This document shows, in pieces, positions 1 to 7,568 of a stretch of DNA of 13,911 nucleotides. Position numbers and translations under genes: made by a program. The stretch is from Selaginella moellendorffii (taxonomy: Eukaryota > Plantae > Lycopodiophyta), in assembly GCF_000143415.4 (NCBI RefSeq), contig NW_003314550.1, forward strand, positions 1 to 13,911. The letters are read 5' to 3'. The notes beneath the pieces were generated by a model. It was given only the letters and a program-made list of their open reading frames with translations, did no database searches and had not been told where the DNA came from. Within the stretch, counting starts at the first letter, position 1. Each line of letters begins with the position of its first letter.

Positions 1-849
1 CTCACGGTATCTGCTGCTGACGAGCGTGTTGGAGATGTCCAGGAAACGCAGCTTGGGGAGGTTGCCGAGAGATGGAGGAATGGAACCAGAAAACTTGGTA
101 CCACTCAAGTCGAGATACTCCAGGTTTTGAAGGCCGCCGAGAAACGCCGGTATGGACCCTGTGAGCCGGAGGCCGTCCGAGAGATCGAGCGTTTGAAGAT
201 TTTTGAGTTTACTCAAGGACGAAGGAATGGAGCCCGTGAACCAGCTTCCTTGGAGATTTAAGATGGTGAGATTCTCGAGGCTGGCGAGGAACGAAGGAAT
301 GCTGCCGGCAGACGCATCAGCTCTTTCCAGGATGAGCTTCCTCAAGCTGGTAAGTTTTCCAATAACCGATGGAAACGGTCCTTCGAATCTGTAACCTGAC
401 AGATCCAGCGTTTGCAGCGTGGATGCGAGCTGAGCAAGCGACGCTGGCAGTGCTCCGGAGAAGAAGTTGGTGCCCAAGTCGAGAACCTCCAGCCGAAGTA
501 GCTTACCAAAGGTGGAAGGTATCGGACCGTCCATGCTATTGCCGTGGACGTTGAGCGTACGGAGGTGGGAGAGGCTTCCCAGCTCCGGAGACAGCGTACC
601 TGTTAATCCCAGGGACTCCAGCTTGAGCTCGCTCACCCGGCCGCTAGCTCCATCGCATTTGATACCAGACCACTCGCAGCAACTGGATTGCGGGCTCCAA
701 GTGGTAAGTAGCTTGCTTCGATCTTGGTCGGCGTCCTTGAAAGCCAGCAATGCCTTTTCATCTTCACTGTTGCAGGACGCTGCGGTGGTGTGGTGGGCGA
801 GCAGTGAAACTGTCAAAACAAGGAGGAAAGACATACTTGTTCTAGACAT
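1..849 (-). CDS. Secreted/extracellular plant LRR protein, copy A (5' part only; runs off the left edge)
   Basis: ATG at 849; 283 codons without a stop. Aligns to 5221-6069 at offset 5220 with 13 substitutions in positions 11-849 (manual count: 7 synonymous, 6 nonsynonymous). Encodes a signal peptide (MSRTSMSFLLVLTVSLLA), an LRRNT cap (C..EDEKALLAFK..W..SCCEWSGIKC) and LRRs. Confidence 0.93.
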   Translation of the reverse strand, partial: MSRTSMSFLLVLTVSLLAHHTTAASCNSEDEKALLAFKDADQDRSKLLTTWSPQSSCCEWSGIKCDGASGRVSELKLESLGLTGTLSPELGSLSHLRTLNVHGNSMDGPIPSTFGKLLRLEVLDLGTNFFSGALPASLAQLASTLQTLDLSGYRFEGPFPSVIGKLTSLRKLILERADASAGSIPSFLASLENLTILNLQGSWFTGSIPSSLSKLKNLQTLDLSDGLRLTGSIPAFLGGLQNLEYLDLSGTKFSGSIPPSLGNLPKLRFLDISNTLVSSRYRE

Positions 850-1032
850 TGCGACTAAAACCACGGATCAGTGACGAGGTAAAGTCGCTTGTTGTTTCGT
901 AGGTACTTCTTTGTACTGATCTTATCTACAGGGATGGGGAGTTCTTAATTGCTGTCGGTGTCAGCCACCGTTTTGGACTTCGTTCGTGATGAAAGTACTT
1001 GTAGTTTTTTTAGTGTTTTACTCAAGCGTATT

Positions 1033-1090
1033 GTCGCTTTCGCCGAGTGGTTGGGGTTTCCCCGCGAGAGTTCGAATCTCGCAGGCGACG
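1033..1090 (+). pseudogene. tRNA-Ser(GCT)-derived pseudogene lacking the anticodon arm
   Basis: Matches 6527-6608 except a 24-nt deletion (AAGGCGTGTGCCTGCTAAGTACAT; 3' D-stem strand plus the whole anticodon arm) and 2 substitutions. Keeps acceptor stem GTCGCTT/AGGCGAC, variable arm GGGG-TTT-CCCC and B box GTTCGAATC. TTTT follows at 1098-1101. Confidence 0.9.
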
Positions 1091-1132
1091 CAAATCATTT
1101 TATGTCATGGCTCTGGGACACAAACCGTTAAT

Positions 1133-1141
1133 TTAGGGTTC
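1133..1141 (-). promoter_or_regulatory. Telo-box-like element (TTTAGGGTT, reverse complement AACCCTAAA) upstream of the PPR ORF
   Basis: Short match to the plant telo-box about 50 nt upstream of the PPR ATG; could be chance. Confidence 0.35.
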
Positions 1142-1186
1142 TTCCTTTTCATGTCTTAAAGTGGCGATGGCGCGGCAAGCCCGGGA

Positions 1187-2530
1187 ATGGGGTACTTCTC
1201 TGACGCGGAGTTGGCTGCCCTCGCTCGATCTGCCACCGATCTGTCACAGGCCAAGCGCGCCCATCTCGCCATTCTCAGGAGTTCGCGCTCGTCAACTAGC
1301 CTTTTCCTTAAAAACCATCTTGTCGACATGTACGCAAAATGTGGCAGCCTCCATGACGCCAAGGCCGTCTTCGATTCCATCTATGCGCCGAATCTCCACT
1401 CCTGGAACATCCTTCTTGCAGCATATGCCGCAAATGGGCATCTTTTTTATACGAAGCGTGTCTTTGATGGTATGGTCCAGCGGGACGTGGTAACGTGGAC
1501 AACCATGGTCAAGGCATATTCCGAGAGTGGTTTCTTAGATATGGCCAGGCTAATGTTTGAAAGAATGCCACAGCGGAACGCAGTGTCTTGGAACGTTGTA
1601 ATAACTGCGTATGCCCAATCAGGGCATATGGAAGAAGCTGAGACTCTCTTCAAAATGATACCTCAAAGGAACGTTGTAACATGGACTACCATGGTGGCGG
1701 GCTATGCACAAAACGGAAATTTACCAAAAGCAAGATACACTTTTGACATGGCGCCGGTTAAAAACCTTGTGACGTGGAATACCATGGTAGCAGCATATGC
1801 CCAATGTGGGCAGATTGAGCATGCGAGACAGGTGTTTGATTCCATAGTCGATCGTGACGAAATCTCGTGGACCATTATGATCCAGGCATATTCTTTGCTT
1901 GGCTACGTAGACGAGGCCGTGAGATTCTTTCACAGAATGACAAGCCGAGACAGGGTCGCTTGGACTACCATGGTACAGGTATATGCGCAGAATGGTTACT
2001 ATGGCGAGGCAAAGTGGGTGTTTGACTCCATGCCAAATCGCGACGTGGTAGCTTGGACTTACTTGATCCAGGTGTACGGGCAGAACAAGGGTCACGCAGT
2101 TGCGAAGGAACTCTTTGACTCGGCACCCGTACGGAACCTGGTAACTTGGAATGCGATGATCCAATGTTATGCCCAAGTTGGGCATGGGACCGTTTTGCTG
2201 CCTTTTATGATCCTGGAGGGTTTTGATCCGGATCAAGTGACTTTTAGCATTGTTCTCGGCACTTGCAGTCACTCTGGGTCGCTGGCAACGAGTAGAAGCG
2301 TTTTTCTGTCGATGGTGGCGGATCATGGAGTTTGCGTGGAGCTGGAACACTACCGATGTATGATCGACACTGTTGGGCGATCTGGAGACTCTAGGAATGC
2401 TCGGGAGCTTGTTGAGAGTATGCCTTACAAGGCTGACAGTTTTGCGTGGACGATCCTTCTCGGGGCTTGTAATGTTAGCGGTGATCCTGTTCAAGAACTT
2501 CAGTTTTGTATTTGTATCATATTTTCGTGA
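1187..2530 (+). CDS. PLS-class pentatricopeptide repeat protein (tandem 31-aa S/SS motifs, P2-L2-S2, truncated E domain); putative organellar RNA-editing factor
   Basis: Intronless 447-aa ORF. Motifs: NHLVDMYAKCGSLHDAKAVFD, then tandem 31-aa repeats such as RDVVTWTTMVKAYSESGFLDMARLMFERMPQ, then TFSIVLGTCSHSG, EHYRCMIDTVGRSG and WTILLGAC (start of E1). No DYW domain. Confidence 0.92.
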   Translation: MGYFSDAELAALARSATDLSQAKRAHLAILRSSRSSTSLFLKNHLVDMYAKCGSLHDAKAVFDSIYAPNLHSWNILLAAYAANGHLFYTKRVFDGMVQRDVVTWTTMVKAYSESGFLDMARLMFERMPQRNAVSWNVVITAYAQSGHMEEAETLFKMIPQRNVVTWTTMVAGYAQNGNLPKARYTFDMAPVKNLVTWNTMVAAYAQCGQIEHARQVFDSIVDRDEISWTIMIQAYSLLGYVDEAVRFFHRMTSRDRVAWTTMVQVYAQNGYYGEAKWVFDSMPNRDVVAWTYLIQVYGQNKGHAVAKELFDSAPVRNLVTWNAMIQCYAQVGHGTVLLPFMILEGFDPDQVTFSIVLGTCSHSGSLATSRSVFLSMVADHGVCVELEHYRCMIDTVGRSGDSRNARELVESMPYKADSFAWTILLGACNVSGDPVQELQFCICIIFS

Positions 2531-2628
2531 AGAATACATCTAAAATTACGTTGCATCCGAAATTTTCTTGAAAACGTAGTAAGAACTTCAGTTTTGTATC
2601 ATATTTTCGTGAAGGATCCTCTAAAATT
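2493..2628 (+). repeat. Imperfect ~50-bp direct repeat spanning the PPR stop codon
   Basis: AAGAACTTCAGTTTTGTAT(TTGTAT)CATATTTTCGTGAAG...TCTAAAATT at 2493-2547 and 2581-2628. Unit B has a single copy (~7570). Confidence 0.85.
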
Positions 2629-2889
2629 TGTCTGCAAACAAAAGTACATAGTAAACGGTTGTCAGCTGGCTCACCCTACTTTTGGGAAACTCTAAAGCTA
2701 TCCACAAGGACAGAACTTATACGATTATTCACAGTTTTGAATGAGTGCCCGCCTGATAACGTTTTGGCACGGTCTGGCAAGTAAACACAAAGAATTTTTC
2801 CGTATTTACCTTTGTTAACTGTTAGTCATGCCCAAGCTGTATTATTGGGTGATTGTATACATTGTTTGCTCTTGGCACAGAGCTTCATT

Positions 2890-3420
2890 ACCAGAAGAGC
2901 GCTTGTGCTGCCCAAGGTCAGGATCATGGTATAAGGTTTGAAGGTATGTGATAAGTGGTGTAGAAGATCTTTTCTAATGATGCCTGGGGAGAGATTTGGG
3001 ATCGGGCAATTGGAATTGGGGTGTGGAAAACCGACCAATGGATGGACAGGAACAGAAATGGCCATGAGAGTGGAAAACATGATTGCATTATACGGACGCA
3101 ATTGCACAAGTCAAGTGGACTTTCCATTTGTGAGGTTAAAAGGCAGTTAAGGAATTGTTGTGAATGTGAAGATTTTATTGGGACATTGGTTTTGAGATCC
3201 ATGGACTATTGACAGTTTACAATGACACCATGGGATACTTGCAAATGATCTTAAACCATGCCATAACAAATGCTTCGCTCTATTTCATACGTGAAAGGAT
3301 CAAGAGGGATATAGTGAAGGGTGGTTAGTATTTGTGACATTGTCAGGTTAAGGTAGGCCTCATTGGTGTTTATTGACATTTAACAGTGTAGAAGTCTATT
3401 TAAAACTTGCATTGTGAGTT
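2890..3420 (+). mobile_element. Degenerate Ty1/copia retrotransposon remnant (RT C-terminus to RNase H)
   Basis: Frame from 2922: DHGIRFEG...KIFSNDAWG (cf. copia DYGL..GYSDADWAG). GLSICEV near 3118 (cf. ALSTCEAE). Frame 3143-3319: AVKELL*M*RFYWDIGFEIHGLLTVYND...HA....YFIRERIKRDIVK (cf. AAKEAIWLRRLL.ELG..IYCDN..HARTKH..YHFIRE). Contains stops and small deletions; boundaries approximate. Confidence 0.72.
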
Positions 3421-3924
3421 GCCAGTGTGAGAGGAATTGGCTCGAGGCTTGCAACATCCTGTGCAAGTGCCTTGAGTTGAGTCATCACGTGTGAGAGCTG
3501 CTGGCATTGTTTTCTTCGTGTTTGGGGAATCCCCTTGTGCGGCATTTGGGGCTACAGTGTGCTCTAGCCCCTTAATGCCTTCACCACGGGGTTTCTTGTG
3601 GCCGGCTGGGGAAATCAAGTGGCTCCAAGAGTTTTATAAGTGCCAGAGTGAGAGTTTGATGCTGGCATCACTTCTTTTCCATGCTGGGACTCTTTTCCTG
3701 AGGCTTCTATAAGTTGTGCCACCTTTTGCAGCTGAGCTTATTGAGCTGTCAAGCTGGTGACACATGGGTTAGTTGGGAAGAGTTAGATCGGGTTGAATTT
3801 TTTTATAATAAAAATTAAAACCAAGAGTTTAGAAGTGAAAAATCCATAATGTTACCAGGACTGGCTAACTGAGCATGTTTGCCCTAAAATTTCAAATTTG
3901 AGGATATTCCACGCATTTAGAGCT

Positions 3925-6069
3925 CTAGGGTTTGATGCATGGCGAGAGCGGCTTGCCGCAGAGCCCCGGATTGCCGGCGAAGTTCTCCGGATCCATGGTG
4001 CTGAGCGGCGCTCCATCGGGTATGGCGCCAGTGAGCTGGTTGTGGGAGACATTCAAGTAGTGCAGGTTCTTGAGCGCCAGGAACTCCACTGGAATGCCGC
4101 CGCTCAAGCGGTTCCTGTCCAGGTAGAGGCCCGTGACTTGGCTCAGCTGCGCGAGCTCCGGTGGGATCCTTCCAGTGATGCTGTTGGAGCTCAGCCTCAG
4201 TACTGCGACGCTGTCGATTTCGTCTTGGGTCATTGGGATCTTGGAGAACCAGCTCGGGATGGCTCCTGTGAGGTGGGAATGGTCGAGAGTGAGGAAGGAG
4301 ACTTGGGAGAGTGTGGTCAGTCCCTCGAGAGCCTGAAAGCTGAGATTGTTGTGACCCAGTCCAAGCGAGTAGAGCACTCCTTTTCCCAAGTTGGACAGGT
4401 CCGCTGGTACTCCGGTGAGAAAGTTGGAGCTAAAGTCCGAGTTAGTCAGCCTGGGGAGAGTTTCTCCAAAGCTGTCTGGGAGTTTTCCTTGGAGCTTGTT
4501 GAATTGGAGGAAGAGATTTGTGAGGTTGGAGTTCCTTCCGAGAGCAGCGGGTATAGTTCCGGTGATGGAGTTGAAGGAGAGGTCGATGAGACACGAAGAT
4601 CCCAGGGGCTGTTGCTTGAGGTTGATGTTTGCAAACCAGGAAGGTATCGGTCCTTGGAGCTTGCAGCGGCTGAGAGAGATTGTCGAGAGCTCCGGGAGTG
4701 TTGCCAGTCCAGAGATGGCGTCAAAGCTTCTGATATCGTTGTTGTCTAAGTAGACACCGTTCAAGTTGACGAGCTTAGCCATGTTGGTGGGAAGTCCAGT
4801 GAGGTTGTTCATCGAAAGCTCGAGGACTGTGAGATTCTTGAGGCCTCGAGCAAATCCTTCTGGAACTCGACCGGTCAGCAGGTTTTTGGAGGCCCAAAAG
4901 ACTTCAAGACTGGAAAGAAGTCCCAGAGATTCAGGAATGCTGCCGCTCAATGAGTTGGACATAACGTCGAGTTTGACAAGTCTGCTAAGTTGGCCGAGAG
5001 AGCTCGGTATTTGTCCCGTAAGCCCAGTGCTGGAGACCGAAAGCTCTTCCAGGGAAGAGAGCTGGCCGAAGGAGCTGGGGATGGGACCACGCATACCTGC
5101 ATTTTGAGACAGCTCCAACACTTTTAGCTTCTTCAGGTTCCCAAGCGTGTCGGGGATTCGTCCAGCGGCTTTGGTGCCGGAGATTCTCAGCGTTTCCAAG
5201 CTGGTAAGCTTTCCAATCTCAACAGGTATACTGCTGCTGACGAGCGTGTTGGAAATGTCCAGGAAACGCAGCTTGGGGAGGTTGCCGAGAGATGGAGGAA
5301 TGGAACCAGAAAACTTGGTACCACTCAAGTCGAGATACTCCAGGTTTTGAAGGCCGCCGAGAAACGCCGGTATGGACCCTGTGAGGCGGAGGCCGTCCGA
5401 GAGATCGAGCGTTTGAAGATTTTTGAGTTTACTCAAGGACGAAGGAATGGAGCCCGTGAACCAGCTTCCTTGGAGATTTAAGATGGTGAGATTCTCGAGG
5501 TTGGCGAGGAACGAAGGAATGCTGCCGGCAGACGCATCAGCTCTTTCCAGGATGAGCTTCCTCAAGCTGGTAAGCTTTCCAATAACCGATGGAAACGGTC
5601 CTTCGAATCTGTAACCTGACAGATCCAGCGTTTGCAGCGTGGATGCGAGCTGAGCAAGCGACGCTGGCAGTGCTCCGGAGAAGAAGTTGGTGCCCAAGTC
5701 GAGAACCTCCAGCCGAAGTAGCTTACCAAGGGTGGAAGGTATCGGACCGTCCATGCTATTGCCGTGGACGTTGAGCGTACGGAGGTGGGAGAGGCTTCCC
5801 AGCTCCGGAGACAGCGTACCTGTTAATCCCAGGGACTCCAGCTTGAGCTCGCTCACCCGGCCGCTAACTCCATCGCATTTGACACCAGACCACTCGCAGC
5901 AACTGGATTGCGGGCTCCAAGTGGTAAGTAGCTTGCTTCGATCTTGGTCGGCGTCCTTGAAAGCCAGCAGTGCCTTTTCATCTTCACTGTTGCAGGACGC
6001 CGCGGTGGTGTGGTGGGCGAGCAGTGAAACTGTCAAAACAACAAGGAAAGAGATGCTTGTTCTAGACAT
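3925..6069 (-). CDS. Secreted LRR-only protein, 714 aa, ~25 LRRs, no transmembrane or kinase domain (PGIP/RLP-ectodomain-like), copy B
   Basis: Intronless ORF with a hydrophobic signal peptide, LRRNT cysteine cap and plant-specific LxxLxLxxNxLtGxIP repeats. The C-terminal cap FAGNPGLCGKPLSPC is followed only by IKP and the stop codon. Confidence 0.95.
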   Translation of the reverse strand: MSRTSISFLVVLTVSLLAHHTTAASCNSEDEKALLAFKDADQDRSKLLTTWSPQSSCCEWSGVKCDGVSGRVSELKLESLGLTGTLSPELGSLSHLRTLNVHGNSMDGPIPSTLGKLLRLEVLDLGTNFFSGALPASLAQLASTLQTLDLSGYRFEGPFPSVIGKLTSLRKLILERADASAGSIPSFLANLENLTILNLQGSWFTGSIPSSLSKLKNLQTLDLSDGLRLTGSIPAFLGGLQNLEYLDLSGTKFSGSIPPSLGNLPKLRFLDISNTLVSSSIPVEIGKLTSLETLRISGTKAAGRIPDTLGNLKKLKVLELSQNAGMRGPIPSSFGQLSSLEELSVSSTGLTGQIPSSLGQLSRLVKLDVMSNSLSGSIPESLGLLSSLEVFWASKNLLTGRVPEGFARGLKNLTVLELSMNNLTGLPTNMAKLVNLNGVYLDNNDIRSFDAISGLATLPELSTISLSRCKLQGPIPSWFANINLKQQPLGSSCLIDLSFNSITGTIPAALGRNSNLTNLFLQFNKLQGKLPDSFGETLPRLTNSDFSSNFLTGVPADLSNLGKGVLYSLGLGHNNLSFQALEGLTTLSQVSFLTLDHSHLTGAIPSWFSKIPMTQDEIDSVAVLRLSSNSITGRIPPELAQLSQVTGLYLDRNRLSGGIPVEFLALKNLHYLNVSHNQLTGAIPDGAPLSTMDPENFAGNPGLCGKPLSPCIKP

Positions 6070-6526
6070 TGCGACTAAACAGTGACAAGTCTCTTGTTGC
6101 TCGTACTGGGTACTTTTTGTACTGAAAGTCTTGATCTTATCTACAGGGATACGAGTTCTTAATTGCTGTCGGTGTCAGCCATTGTTTTGGACTTTGTTCG
6201 TCGATGGCTGTGCACCTTGGAAAATGGTTAGTAGTTTTTATGGGGTTTCTATGGTGTGCTGTTTCTTCTCACATTACCAATGGAACGCGCGGGAGTTGGA
6301 ATCTCACTCTTTTGTTCTTACCATTCTTGAGGTACTCATAACTTTTTCTGTCATTGCAGTCGCCATTTCTTGGCCTTTGTGTTCGATTGCTGGCAACGTC
6401 AGAAACAATTGGTGGCCTGGAGGTTATCTTTTAGTTCCAAGTTCAATGGTTCTTCCTTGCATTAATTTACAACTCACAAGGTATGGCCAAGAAAAAATTA
6501 TATGTTGACAATTTGAACAACGTAGT

Positions 6527-6608
6527 GTCGCTTTGGCCGAGTGGTTAAGGCGTGTGCCTGCTAAGTACATGGGGTTTCCCCGCGAGAGTTCGAATCTCTC
6601 AGGCGACG
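6527..6608 (+). tRNA. tRNA-Ser, anticodon GCT (nuclear, intronless, 82 nt)
   Basis: Acceptor stem GTCGCTT/AGGCGAC with G discriminator; A box TGGCCGAGTGG; anticodon loop CTGCTAA (GCT at 6560-6562); long variable arm; T arm GAGAG-TTCGAAT-CTCTC. Upstream CAA at 6518-6520 and AT-rich tract near -30; TTTTT terminator at 6634-6638. Confidence 0.97.
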
Positions 6609-6697
6609 CAATCGTTCTGTTAATTGTTTCATCTTTTTCCCAAGTTTCTTGGAGTGGAGACAGTGAGCGATAGTTCTCACTTTAAGATCAAGCCCTC

Positions 6698-7568
6698 GTC
6701 TCTTACGCGGAGTTGGCTGCCCTTGGCTGAATGGGCATCTTTCGGATATGAAGCGTATCTTTGGAATGGTCCAGCGGGGACAACTATGGTGAAAGCGTAT
6801 TCAGAGAATGTTTGCTTAGAGATAGCCAGGCTAGTGTTTGAAAGGGTATAATAACTGCATATGCCCAATCAGGGCATATTGAAGACGATGAACTTCTTTT
6901 CAAAAACATACCACAAAGTAGCTTTGTAACGTCGACTACTAGCTATGCACAAAACGGCATTATAGAGAAATCACGACACTCGTTTGACGTGGCGCGGGTG
7001 GAAAACCTTGACGTGGAATGTCATGATAGCAGCATATGCCCAGAAAACTGGGCAAATGACCATTATGATCCAAGCATATTAGACTCTTCCACAGAATGAC
7101 AAGGCGAGACAGGGTCGCTTGGACTACCATGGTACAGGTATATGCGCAGAATGGTTACTATGACGAGGCAAAGTGGGTGTTTGACCCCATGCCAAATCGC
7201 GACGTGGTAGCTTGGACTTACTTGATCCAGGTGTACGGGCAGAACAAGGGTCACGCCGTTGCGAAGGAACGGAACATACATGACATGGTAACTTGGACAT
7301 GAGACCATGTTGCTGCCTTGTATGATCCTGGAATTTGATCCGGATCAGGTGGGGACTTTTAGCATTGTTCTTGGCACCTATAGTCACTCTGGATCCCTAG
7401 CAGCGGAGCTTGTTGAGAGTATGCCTTACAAGGCTGATAGTTTTGCGTGGACGATCCTTCTCGGGGCTTGTAATGCTAGCGGTGATCCTGTTCAAGGCTT
7501 GCTAAACAGTCATCGATGGTCAACAGGTTTCTAGCTCTGGCCCTTACGTGACTTTCTTTAAAACGTAG
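6698..7568 (+). pseudogene. PPR pseudogene (paralog of 1187-2530)
   Basis: Begins with ACGCGGAGTTGGCTGCCCT (= ~1203), then skips ~220 nt. Several further deletions, frameshifts and stops. Near-identical blocks: 7081-7270 (= 1922-2111) and 7404-7496 (= 2403-2495). Confidence 0.92.

Noticed and set aside
1-10. Three single-A deletions in LRR copy A relative to copy B (CTCACGGTATC vs CTCAACAGGTATAC)
   Set aside because: Clustered at the extreme edge with a net in-frame effect; most likely low-quality contig-end sequence, so not evidence of pseudogenisation.
1480-2180. 93-bp periodic repeats resembling a CRISPR-like array
   Set aside because: They are the coding repeats of 31-aa PPR motifs in a eukaryotic gene.
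1721-2539. 272-aa - strand ORF
   Set aside because: Antisense shadow of the PPR ORF.
2820-3870. TGTTAG...CTAACT as element termini or terminal inverted repeats
   Set aside because: Only about 10/14 inverted match, no CA end and no convincing target-site duplication.
3898-4749. 283-aa + strand ORF and the other + strand ORFs over the LRR genes (e.g. 467-874, 5687-6085)
   Set aside because: Antisense shadows of the LRR CDS with no recognisable motifs.
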